DNA of 63,617 bases, counting the filler, from Choristocarpus tenellus KU-1152 (Eukaryota > Protista > Phaeophyceae), in the NCBI GenBank assembly GCA_964200185.2. It is 15 parts of 15 records of this genome, joined end to end, with 100 filler letters (N's around TTAATTAATTAA, not from the genome) between each part and the next. Parts side by side here need not be neighbours in the genome. Positions count along the whole stretch, not along the records: positions 1 to 3,574 come from CAXNAD020019168.1; positions 3,675 to 11,355 come from CAXNAD020005766.1; positions 11,456 to 16,231 come from CAXNAD020013103.1; 12 more parts are not named here. One strand, written 5' to 3'. Positions 1 to 12,214 of the stretch are shown here, one piece after another; position 1 is the first letter of the stretch; each line of letters starts with the position of its first letter. A program made the position numbers and the translations under genes. The notes beneath the pieces are model-generated. The model ran no database searches and was not told where the DNA came from. It worked only from the letters and a program-made list of their open reading frames with translations.

Positions 1-2565
1 ATCCTCAATGAAAAGCTCCATCCTTAATTTTTGAAATCGGCTGTTTATATATGTTGATGAAGTCAGTGTGGCCTATCAACACATTACAGACAGATCACAT
101 GGATCGTGTGAGAGGCATCAATCGAAAAAGTTGTTATGCCAAGAATGTATGAAATAAGATCCCTTCATTGCGTAGGCTATGCTTTGCCCAGTGATAATTG
201 TTACTAGGACAAAAACGTTCAGGGATAAGTTGCTCTCAATATCATTCGTTGTCCACCAAAAGCTCAACCAATTTATTTTGCCCAGTAACATAATGTATGT
301 TATCCAAAACAAATCAGCACCAAAATTTTCATCGAATTGGATGATCAGCCCAAGGCCATGGACCAGGCAACAGCTCAGTCCAATCATACCTCTGACGGGC
401 CCTATTATATCAAATTGGTATTTCACAAGGACTGGTCCACAGCTTGGTTCATATTTCTCATGGTCAGGGATAAAACAATCTGTAAGTTGAACTGGCCTGG
501 TCAAAATATGTTGGATGAATCCCCAAATTGACTCAACTACAAGAGGGAGTAAACATGCTTACTTTTAGAAATCCTTCCACCTCCATGCATTTATGTAAAT
601 GTGATACAATTAACTGAGAGCAGACCAGGCCAGCTCCATCTAAATCACCTTCGAGAGAGTCATGGGTCCGATTATGGCCCGGTCAGATTACAATCTTTGA
701 CGGCCCTGGACTCATGATAGTAAAACCATGCATGTTTCACAAGGGTCAAGCCTGGGACCTCATTCAGTCGAAAACCTTGACGGTCCTGGATTGGCCTTGT
801 TTTAAATATTTGGAATTCTGATGACCCTGGCTTGGTTCCAATGGAGGATACTCCACAAGGATTGAAACCCCCTGATCTACAATCATTTGCTCAACTACAA
901 CGGTATTACTTGAGCAATAATTCACAAGTTAGTTCGGCATTCTCAAACTCGTGGTCAGAAGTTAAAATGAGAGAGCAATAAATGGGAAAAAAATTATGAC
1001 AAAAAAATAAGATACGAACATGGAAGCTGTAGGTCCGATTTCAAGCCAGCACTCGCTCATGAAGTCTGCTGTCCATCAAATGCTGAGGGTCATTTGTCCT
1101 GTAGAGTTGTTCAGGACAAAGACCGAGACCATCTGGTCTGTAATGCCAGTTGCTCAGCAAACAGTAGGGCTCACCAGTGTATGTAATATTTTTGCTTTGT
1201 AGCATCCTTTGTCCAGCAGGCTCTCAGGAGCCATTTGCTCTATACCAACAGCCTGCCTAGAAAATGTTTTCGCTTTTAATGGGGAACACAAAGATGTCCT
1301 AACGTGCTATGGGAGCATGGGCTGTCCTGAGTGGGCAAGAGTACCAGATAAAGCAGAAAAAAACGTAGCCATGATGCAAAAAACGCATCACAATGGACGT
1401 GATAAGTAGTGGTATTACGGCCACCAGGAAATAATATGATGGTAGAAGACTTAGCACAAAATAATAACTTCATCCTCAGGATATTAGAGCCAGTGCACAA
1501 CAAGCTGCAATATGCACATATGTGTGTTTGTGTGTGCGTGTGTGTGTATTAAAACATACCGTGCCCACCATATACCGAGGAAATCCCTCACAACACAATA
1601 TTCTGCTCTGTTACTCTCCTCACCACACCACAAAATACTGGTCAACAGCGTAACACAAAAGAGTATCAAAGTGCATTATATATAAATACAAGCAGAATGC
1701 TCAAGGCCAACTGCTGCTGCCTACTCTCATTACGAGATGCAGCAAAGCTACATTAACATACAATGGACCTCAGTAGTAATACTGGGAGTATCCACAAAAC
1801 ACACCTCACCACTGATCTTACCCAATCAAAGACCCCCTCATCTCCTTGTGGTCGGTCCAAAGTTGTGCAAAGAGACTGTAAACCATATACGGAGATAGTG
1901 TATAGCGACAGTGAGGGCTGTTCTGGGAATGGGGTAGAAACGATTTTTAGGGAGTATCTAGGTAGGACAAAACGAAACGAGTGTAACCTCAAACATACAA
2001 GAGCAAACCCTTCATAATGGGACGGGGAGAGGACAAACCGATGGAGAACAAAAGTTGAAACTTCCACGCTTAAGCATGCAGTCCACTGACCAGCACAGCA
2101 CAAGGCATCGCAATAGCGGCAACCAATGAGTGGATTGTATGCGGATGGCAACGGGTGGTACCGTACATGGAAACAACAATGGGACTTCTGTGTATCACAC
2201 ATTGGACGTACATTGGGAGTCTAGCGCCAATATGGTGTTGGAAACATCTGAAGCACAAACTTCTCAGGCCACTTCCTCTGCAACAGCAGGAGGCAGGATC
2301 AAGGAGGTTAAGTAGAATGAGCAGCTGAGACTCTTCAGGAGTGAAAGAATTGAAACGCTAGATGCGTCAAGGGGGTTAATATATCGAGGCAGCCTGCCTG
2401 TGGGGGAATGAAGGGCAGTCCATTCCCCCCCCTGCCCCCCCTTAGAAATCCCCTTCACTTGTCTGCTAATAACTGGCTGAGGTCTCCCTTCCACTTCTCT
2501 TCTCATCTGTCCACAAACAAAGGATTCATTCATCTTTGATATTCCTGGCTAGGGCTAAAAGTATC

Positions 2566-3093
2566 TCACTTGGCTTCATACCAGGTCTTGGCTGATTTCG
2601 CATCCACAAGCAGATCAACCTTCAGTGGGGGTGTTTGGGGGGCATGGCGTTAAGGTGTGGGTTATCCGAAAACATCTGTGTGTGTAGGAGGAGGACACAC
2701 TCCAGATAAGAATTTCATATATAAAAACTCCCAAGATTGAGAATGAGTCTCTTGTAATAATGAAACAAAATCGGAGTTTTGTTCCAAGTACTCTTGTGCG
2801 CCTCTCAAATCAAACCACCTTCAGGGCAAATGTAATATTAACAATAGTTGGGGCAATTCCACACACGATAATTGATTATCGCAACCTGCAGTCAAATTGG
2901 TAGCAGTGTCATAAAAGCATGGTGAAATGTCAATCATAGTACCCCCCAAAGGGTGAGCCTATTCTCATGCTTGACTCACCCGCAGCTGATTCAGACCCAC
3001 TCCATCCCAAGGCTGTTCCATACATCGCACAGTCTCTGCCAAAGCCTCTTTTGAAGTCTCCTCAGGGCCCTCCAAGATGACCTCATCGTGTAC
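2566..3093 (-). CDS. Organellar family-A DNA polymerase (POP/PolI-like), last two exons
   Basis: Exon 3093-2980 encodes VHDEVILEGPEETSKEALAETVRCMEQPWDGVGLNQLR (motif C, VHDE). Exon 2619-2566 encodes VDLLVDAKSAKTWYEAK*, a typical POP C-terminus. Both have canonical AG/GT borders in phase 0. Upstream exons are not on this contig. Confidence 0.92.
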
Positions 3094-3574
3094 CTGACAC
3101 GGAAAATATATAACATTGACGAAACTGTGAGAGAGAAGATAGTACTCAAAGCGCTTTATCCTTGGTCCAGCATTTTGGTACTTGCTCAAGGTCAGTTCTT
3201 GCTGATCCTTCCCACCAACAACACCACCAACAGTGTCGATGTATGATGTGAGAAGCCCACAGCATGGAAATACTGCACCTTACATTAGTACTATCTCACA
3301 GCACCTTCAACCATTGAATCCAGTCAACACAAAGAAAACGCCAGATTGCCATCAACACCAAGAATCCAACAATTCCTCGTTTTCAATGCAACTGATGTTT
3401 TCGTGCCTGCAGATCAATGAGAGGACCTATGGAAGGACAATAATGGAAATACTTGGTCAGATGGGATCCAAAGCATCTGGGGGGGGGGGGGGGGGGGGCC
3501 ACCCACCCGGCCCGCCTCTCGGCGAACACAACACAACGAGCCAACTCCCCCCCTCCCACCCATCGCCGACACCA

Positions 3575-3674
3575 NNNNNNNNNNNNNNNNNNNNNNNNNN
3601 NNNNNNNNNNNNNNNNNNTTAATTAATTAANNNNNNNNNNNNNNNNNNNNNNNNNNNNNNNNNNNNNNNNNNNN
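3575..3674. other. Artificial contig-joining spacer (first of 14)
   Basis: 100 nt of N with a central TTAATTAATTAA (stops in all frames). The same spacer occurs at 11356-11455, 16232-16331, 20010-20109, 24422-24521, 27216-27315, 33742-33841, 39300-39399, 43167-43266, 46029-46128, 49852-49951, 54382-54481, 57579-57678 and 60675-60774. Confidence 0.98.
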
Positions 3675-3690
3675 CCAGATACTTTGACCC

Positions 3691-6600
3691 ACTCTCCAGG
3701 AGTGTGCCAGAGCAACTCCTTATCATCTAGGGAATATGACTCTACATCTATACTCCCTTTTCCCCATTTGAGTGACGACTTCCAGTGTTCTTGGCCTTCG
3801 AGTACATCCCATAGGCTGCCCAAGAAGGGGTCTTTCTTCTGTCTCTTTACTAGCTCTGGCACGTCTGATAGAGTAGCCATCGCTCTCTTGAGAGTGGGAT
3901 GGTATTGAACCACCTCACTTATTCGGACTATTCTGTCACTCCCCTTCTTGTTCTTTCGCCTTGGTATACTTGTGCGCCTTTTCTTGCAAGGTGGCTTCTT
4001 CTCCTGCTTTCCTTTTTCTTCTACCCTGTCTTTGACGGTAGGATCTAAAGGTTGCCAACCAAAAGTGTTAGTGGCGTTAAGCGGGGGGAGGAGCTGCTGT
4101 GAGGTGTGTGTCGAGCCTACACTAGGTATTTCACCTGGGGCGATCCAACCAGAGGGCGGGGGTATACACACTGGCAGACTTTGATCCTGGGAACTACTGA
4201 GTGGTAACCAGCCTCTAACGCCTAAGCCTCGATTATCAGGTGATCCCCTGTGATAGTCTTGCAGGGCTGACAGTATTCTTGAGAGTGTGGCCTCAGCTGT
4301 TTCCTTGAGTAACATTTGTGCTACATCTAGACTTGGTTCATCATGTGAGGGAGGGGTATACTCTAGTTCTGAATCTACCAACGCACAGAGAGAGCAAGGG
4401 GACAGTGCGGGGTGACCTGGGCTCAGGTCTGATGTACCTAAATCTTGCAAACATACACCATCTAAGACAGGTCCTCCTGGTCCAGCGTAGTTCTTGCTAC
4501 AAGCAACTGACGGATCGTCAGGAAAAGAATCGTCGATATCCAAACCTTGATCTGTGGGTGAGGAAAGTCGTGACAGTCCGTCTGGTTGTTGGTGCTTCGA
4601 ACCTGCTCGCCACTTAAGTTACATGTCATGGTCCATAAGACGGAGGGTTCACCTGTGGAGCTTGGGGCTAAGTTCACGACTCTTGAAGAGCCAAGTCAGT
4701 GCGGAGCAGTCAGTGACTAGGGTGAATCTTCTACCCCAAATGTAGGAGCGGAAGTGCTCTACAGCCCACAAGATAGCCATGCATTCCCTTTCAGTGGGTG
4801 CTCTCCTACGGTCCGATTTAGACCATCTATGGCTAGCATAAGCTATGACATGCTCTTGGTGATCATCCTGTACCTGGGTCAGAGTTACTCCAGCCCCTTC
4901 CTCACTAGAATCAAGTATGGAGGAGGAACTTCTTATCCCGGTCAGGAAAGACTAGGATTGGTGGAGAGACCAGACGCACCTTAAGTTCTTCAAAGGCTTT
5001 CTGCTCCTCCGTTTCCCTAGGGATACTCTTCTTGCTGTCTCTTTTGGAAGCATACCCTTTATTCCGGGGGATGTTAGTCAGAGGTGCAGATACTTGGCCA
5101 TAGTTCTGTACAAACTGCCGCAAGTATCCTGTCATGCCTAGGAAACTTCTTAACTGCTCAACTGTAGATGAGGGATCAAGTTTGTTACTGCTATCATTTT
5201 TGATGGAGCAGGACTCAGGCCATCTCTACCTACCTTCATTCTACAAATTCTTGTGAGGGCATGCACCACGAGGATTTGGGAAAGTTCACAGACAGGCCGT
5301 ATTGCTTGAGTCTGGTAAGAAGGAGGTGAAGTTTGATCATATGTTCATCAAATGATGAGCTATAGCAAAAAAGATCGTCTAGCCAGTTTTCTACACCGTT
5401 TTCTTTGAGATCTCCCAATTCCTCTCTCATGTAACTAGGGAATACTGCAGGTAAGTTTTTCAACCCAAAGTCACACCTGTTATATTCCCAACGTTGTCCA
5501 TGAGCGTCACGAAAGGCTGTCTTATGTTTGTCTACCTCTGCGATTTTTACTTGAAAGAATCCCGATGCTAGATCTATGGCAGCGAAATAGCTAGAACCCT
5601 TAAGCTTATCAAAGATGCTGGTGATATTCCCAAGACCTCCACTATCACTACGAGAGAGATCATTGAGCATCCTATAGTCTGTGCACAACCTCAGAGTCCC
5701 ATCTTTCTTACGTACTTGCTACTACTGCTGCTGCCCATGCTGAGGTGGAGGGTCTGATAATACCACGTTCTTGCAACTGCTTGATCTCGGCCTGAATCAT
5801 CATCTGCGTTTCTTCAGGAGAAAAGCGCCTTTGTTTCGCTGCATAGGGTGTACAATTCTCGTCTAATAGTGGTACATGTAGTACTCCTCTAGAGTACGGA
5901 GGAACTCGTTTGGGGTCTTGAGGGAATACTTCTAAATTTCTAAATTCTTCCAACAATTCTACCAACTGTTTCTTCTTCCCTGGTGTCAGCTGTCCCATAT
6001 TGGCATCGCTGAGGCTCACCGATTGATGCCGAACCTCCTTGGCTTCACCTGAAGGGGTGTCTTCTTCTTCTGCTACCGGGCAGTCACCAGTCTCGTCTGC
6101 TTCTGGGGAATGCCTTGTCTGAAAACCAGTCTTGGCAAGCAGAATCTGTGCTTATTGAGGGTCTTTGGGGGGATGGGCTAGTGACTGAAAGAGTGCAACC
6201 ACCCTATCTGTATTCTTAGTATTCAGAGCAATTGCCTTGCAACTGTCAGCCCTGCCTGGACACTACTGGGCTCACTGCACGTATTTACCAGCTTGCAATA
6301 AATGGGGGTTCCTGGGTTCCACCATTGTACATCTCTGGCAACTCCTACAGCATTCCCTAATTCCAGGTTGTACTCTGTTAAGGGCTCAATCATCACCAGC
6401 TGTCTGGACTGTGGTTGTGCCCCCTTAACAAATCCTTTGCAGACTTTGCTGACAAACCCTTCTCTACATGTTCTATTTCTGACAGACGCAATTCCCATTG
6501 CAGAGTCCCATCATCCTCCCACGCTACCTCTACCGGAGAGGGTACTACACCTGGACTCTCCAATGATCGGGTCAGGGGATCCGTGTCCTGGGCAAGATCT

Positions 6601-7400
6601 ATTGTTGCGATACCTGCCTCTGGATCCGTATCTTGGGTGCCTGCTTCTGGGTCTACATCAAAAAACGTTGCATGTTCCTTTTCGGGTGGTGTATGCTCGC
6701 CAGTTAGAGTACTAGTGCATCTTGGGAGTCTAGGGACTGTGTCAGGGGGGGGTTCTCTACATTCAGCTGATCTGGGGTTATTAGGAGGGCAGTCTGTGGT
6801 ACTTGGATGGTCGGGTTGTGGGTGTCATTGATGCTTGCTTGCCATTCTCCTAGGGCTGACAGGGGTGCATTGTTATCACGAGATCGGGGTGTCACAGCTC
6901 GAGCAAAAGGTATCCATGGTGAGTTTGGAGCTGTTCGAAAGCCTTCCCCCTCTCGAAATGACAGTATGCTCTTGTTCTGCTTACAGAATGCTGCTCCCAG
7001 AACCATCCCGCAAGGTAAACCTTCCACTACTCTAAATATCACATTGTGAACTCTATCGTCTGGGGGAAACAATATTGGCAGTATGCAGGATCCTAGTACC
7101 TGCATGGGTGGGGTGCTGCATCCTTTCGGGTTTGCCGCATGCAACATTCCTTTACCGGTTTGGTTAAGGTGTGGTAGGCCGGTGCGGCCTCCTCAGAGAG
7201 TAGTACTGCGCCAAAAAGCAGACGAAATGTAGTTCCCACCTCCTGCACCTGTGTCAAGGAGTATCTGTACAGGCATTCTCGAGCGGACTTTGCGAGGGTG
7301 CCACAGCGGTGCAGATAGCCATACTTGACTAGCTCGTTGGGCAGTTGACATAGTGGATATTGTCGAGGTAAGTGTGGGGGTCATGCTTCCTATGGCTACA
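3691..7400 (-). mobile_element. Degenerate Ty3/Gypsy LTR-retrotransposon pol (protease-RT-RNase H, truncated before the integrase core)
   Basis: Protease LLDTGA at ~7250. RT motifs DYRMLN, YFAAIDLASGFFQ, KTAF and WLDDL (5236-6019). RNase H VIAYASHRW...ERECMAILWAVEHFRSYIWGRRFTLVTDCSALTWL (~4600-4930). Multiple stops and frameshifts. Cut at 3690 by a DNA-transposon end. Confidence 0.93.
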
Positions 7401-7628
7401 GTATCTAAGTTCCCTGGAGCTGAAGAATCCAGGGCACACCCTCAGGGCAACCCGGGAACTTCAGAATCGGTCGGACTGCTTACAAATAGTGGCGGAAACT
7501 TAAAGTCCAGAATCGCGGTGAGGTAGTGCAAGTGGGTATCTGTCAAGGCTACCATCGTGCGCTACTCATTTGCTGAGGTAGTACTTGGCTTATCTTGGGA
7601 AAGATATGCAAAGTAACCCTTAGGTACT

Positions 7629-7712
7629 GAGCCAAAGTATCTGAGAGGGTACGGCCCCGTCCAAATGGGGTCTCAAATTCGATACTGACGATTTGTTAAT
7701 GTAATTATTGGA
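7629..7712 (+). mobile_element. Truncated left end of the GAG-MITE family
   Basis: GAGCCAAAGTATCTGAGAGGGTAC followed by ~60 bp of diverged similarity to the MITE copies at 43769 and 53487. Confidence 0.65.
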
Positions 7713-10034
7713 AAGCGTCTTAACTGGTGGGTGTGATGAACCCCCGATTCACAGGGACACCTTTGAGAAGTTGCTTCTTTGGGGGTTTGTCATCATATAT
7801 ATCAATTGTGTTGGATTAATTGCTGGTGTCTCCATTTATTGTGGTTTTTGAAAGCGATGACGATATGCTTGTTTGATGAATTTACCTTTATTAATGGAGT
7901 AGGTGTTCAAAATGTAGGGTTAGGTTTCGATGGTGGTAGGACAATTTTTGCCAAGCAAGATAACATTGAGAGCACAAATGCGGGAAGAGCGCGCAGGACG
8001 CTGCGAGGACAACCAAGCAAAGAGCGAGCGTATTCCTTGGTGGCACATGCAATATATAGGATTAGGACATATTGCCAGGAGTAATATCCTATTCCTTTTG
8101 GGGGGATGGCATTGTCATTCTATGTTGACGGCGATGTGTATGCGATGTCTTAGATTTTGTACTGGTTATGATTGCGACCTATTATGTACGATGAGATGAC
8201 AAATGCCTTGAGAAGATGCGAACAGATGGGGTGGATTCCTCGGAAAGAATGATCCAAGCATATTTGTTGCGCTCTGGTGGTGTGTGGTGTGACAATGAAC
8301 CGGTTCTCTTATTGAGATTTAATTGTAATTAAGCGGTTAAGTTGGGATGGAGCAACTTAACCGTTGCATGTTTTGACGAAGTGAAGGCGGAAACACAGTA
8401 AGAAGAAGACGCAATGAATAAGGGGATGGCCCCAACATTGAACCGGAGTCGTTTGTCCTGTACCCATTGTACTGCTGCAAAAACTGAAAGAGATGTGAGT
8501 AAATAAAACGGGTATTGTGCAAATACAGGTGGATTATGACGTTTTATTTTAATATACGAATTTCATGGCAACTTTTGGTCTTTTTGGGAGGGTAGAGACG
8601 GGTTATTTGGAGGATGGCAGCATTTTAAAGGACAAGTATGGAGGAAGAATGTGCGCGGAGGCAGGGGGTTAAGTGTAAGTGGATGTTAATCCTTGCCTCT
8701 GATCCTATCGAGTGTAGTGTGTGAAAGAGATAGACTTGGTTGTGTATGTCAATACATGTGGCATTAGATGGCGTTTAAAAAAACTGTTTTAACTTTAAAA
8801 ATAGAGGTGTACATATGATGACATTTGAAGAATTTGTCACAGTGCATAACTCTTGAACATGGTTTGACATGAGATAGGATACATTTTTACCATAGTAGAC
8901 ATCACATAAACGACCAGGTGCACATGTCGTGTGTATAGTAATAAATGTTTCACATGTGTAACAGACTCAATGCAGGGCAAATGTGCGCGGAAGGTTTTGT
9001 TTGAAATTTGAATATGCACTCTACTGCTCTGATCTTGTGAAACGAAGTGCGTTGAAAAAGCAGAGAGCAAGACAAATGTTGACGAGTGCAGCATTAGATA
9101 TGTAAGATAAAACAATTAGCCTTTGGATGGTGAAAATATTACCTTAGTGGACAAGACAGTATATGGAGATCTGCACGTGTAGGTGACACATGAAAACATT
9201 TCCCATTTCATACACTCGATACAAACTGAAGGCTTTCATTGGAAACAGTCCAACTCTAAAGTACAAAGCACATAGACGAGAGGAACTCGTGAGATGTTGC
9301 GCATGTGAGGAAGCCCTTGTCGTGATGAAGAGGGGCTGCACTATTATCGCAGAAGACACACGCTAAACATCGTGTTCGAAGAATCAAATTTCGATCAATA
9401 CCTCAAAATGCTTTAAGTTATACAATACAGTACCGGTCATGAAGGAACATGTGAACGTAGATTAGATATCGGGTGTTAAATTTTGCGATTAACTATAACA
9501 GGCGATGGTCAAACTATAAACCGTAACACACGTAAATAACACACATCCATGGATAGACCTCAGTCCATCAAAATCATGTTAAACACAAGACCAACAACAA
9601 ATCATTCGAGGTCTAACACACAGCAACTGCATTTTACACACACTCGAAACGCATGTAATTTATCGACCAAGAGAGGTTGACCTGTTACTCTAGTTAAGCT
9701 CAAGATCTGAAAATCAATGAAGACCACAATGCCAGTCACTCCTTGGGACCGTAGGCCGTATCTAGGCACTAGGTGTCGCGATATCGCATCACAGTCTCCT
9801 AACCCAACAACACCGTTACCAAACACAATGTTGAAGACATTGACTCGATCCAAACTATTCACCTAGGTATTCATCAAGTGTACCTATTCGATAGTGATCT
9901 ACGAAGACCAGCTTTTACCCTAATCATTCGTTGAAATAATCAACGTTTGATATTCTACTTATCTAGTTCTTACTTTGGTTTTTCTTCTCCATCATCTCGC
10001 TTAAACTTTCGAAACGGTGTCCGTCTTCCATCTT

Positions 10035-10421
10035 CTACCAACCCCGTAGCCTGGGGAACCTTTCTGTCAGAATGTGCCACAAGTTATGAGGCGACGAATA
10101 TCGGTCACTCCACTCCTCTGCTTCCACACCGCACAGGAACATGGCCTTTCTCTTGATGACGTTATTTATATCCTCCATTTGCAACGTGCGCCTTGTGATC
10201 TCGCCCCGATTATTGCACCCCTTGAGGATAGCGCGGTGGACATAGCAGTAATCGTCAACAATGATGTGTTTGGCCTTAACTCCTGTCTTCGCCGCCACAA
10301 ACCCATGACAGTCAATCACCTGCTTAAGAACATTGGATGTTAGTGTCGGGTTTCGATTTTTGAAAATTCCGCTCCTGATGCACTCCTTTTCAAAACCATA
10401 TCTCAACAAGCATCGGCGCAA
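10035..10421 (-). pseudogene. Decayed ORF with an unrecognised ~100-aa domain (copy A)
   Basis: The translation aligns without gaps to 52150-52509 on another contig (QVI..HGF, D.CYVH, R.A.FL, W...YS...NLWH.L....P.L..W). It has TAG where the other copy has TGG. Confidence 0.7.
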
Positions 10422-11478
10422 TCTTCAAGAAATTCATTAGTAATCCCATAATCGATGTTGGAGAGGCCGGAATACATTGGTTTGCAAAAGAATAGTCGAG
10501 ACAGCGTCACAAAAACCATTGGAATGAGGTATATAGAGTTAAAAGAGAAGGCATGTAGTAGACTTCAGGCATGTGGGTCAACATGATCAATCTCGTAGAC
10601 TTACTTAATATTTACACTACCCCAATGCAAAAGGGTAGGATCGAAAGTTGTGAGGTGTGCGGCTATTTTCTTTGACTGGTCTTTGGTTTGAATTGTGCTG
10701 GGCTTTTAGGGTATACATGATTAAAGCACTAAGCACGATACACATTTTCAAACTCATGTGCGCATAAGACCTGCTTCTTAACATAAGAATCGATTGACCT
10801 GTCCCGGTTGATGTTTTAAGGCCAAGTTGTGAAAAATAATTTCAAAGTTATACAACTTGCCCCAAACGGTGCCCTTTGTAATACTTTTTTGGTAACCTAA
10901 TTTGAGTTAAATAAGTCTTCTCCATGCAAACCGTGACAGTACGGATTTGTAAAAAAGGTACAAAAATTTTTGGTTAGCCGAAACTAGCTAGTTGCGTTCA
11001 CAAATGTCAACGTCCGTTCCCCTTGTTCACCACTCTACCTTCAGTGCCACACAAGCAAATAAGGAACGGGGCAAGGGATATCCTACTGAAATTTTCTGAT
11101 GCAATCCAAAACACGCAAGAGAGGGCGAACGCACTAAATGTATCCCAATGTTATGGTCACCTGTATCACCCGCGTCGTCACTTGCGAAGGTTAAACCTTT
11201 CGATCTTCTTACGATCAAAGGGAAGACTTCCCCGCCATCTACTCCTTAAAGTACGATTCTTGATTTGTACTGTCTCGTTTCAACATTTGTGAAGAAAGGA
11301 ACGCACATGATAGGGGCGGAACGTCCGGAAAAAGTCAGGTATAGTATGGTGAACANNNNNNNNNNNNNNNNNNNNNNNNNNNNNNNNNNNNNNNNNNNNT
11401 TAATTAATTAANNNNNNNNNNNNNNNNNNNNNNNNNNNNNNNNNNNNNNNNNNNNCCACAATTAATCTCTCGATTCCA

Positions 11479-11683
11479 CGATTGATTTCCCAGCTCGCCA
11501 CGATTAATTAGTCGCTTCAACGATTGATTTCCCAGCTCGCCACGATTAATTAGTCGCTTCAACGATTGATTTCCCAGCTCGCCACGGTTAATCAGTCGCT
11601 TCGAAGATTGATTTCCCAGCTCACCACGATTAATTAGTCGCTTCGACGATTGATTTCCCAGCTAATCACACGATTGATTTCCC
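11479..11683. repeat. 42-bp minisatellite, ~4.5 copies
   Basis: Unit CGATTGATTTCCCAGCTCGCCACGATTAATTAGTCGCTTCAA repeated head-to-tail with few substitutions. Confidence 0.92.
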
Positions 11684-12214
11684 ATTTTTTTAAAAATACG
11701 ATATTGTACCACATTAATTCTGTGCCGCTTTTTTCGGGCATGCCCATGGGTGAACAAAATCGGGCACCTACTGTGCTTCTAGTATTCTATACGTATGTAA
11801 ACGCGATTATCCCGCAAAATTCCTCCGTAAAATTCCACTGCATACATGTTGCACTCACTTTTAATAGTCTGAAGAGGTCGACAGTACAACAATTGCGACA
11901 ACCTCGTTACCTGCACCCTACTTTCTCATAACATAAACTGAAGCACCAAAGCACAACTTGTTGCTTCCTAACCATTTGTTCCAAGTGTTGACCCAGCTGT
12001 ACTTCCATTTGCTCCCTGGGACAGAGAGAATCGTGTCTCTCGTTTAAGACTTCGGAAAGGGGTGTATTATATCTCTTGCTGGAGTCACCTTGACGTTGTA
12101 CGAAAAACCCACGGGACAAGAATTTGTACGCTTGAGTTTCTCTTTGCAGAAAAGTATTGTAATTGCAGCTCTGAGTGGTAGGCCGGAAGGAAAGGGTTGG
12201 TTCCATAGTTAGGG

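Noticed and set aside
11479-11683. CRISPR-like array
   Set aside because: The intervening sequences are themselves repeated, there are no unique spacers or cas genes, and the context is eukaryotic.
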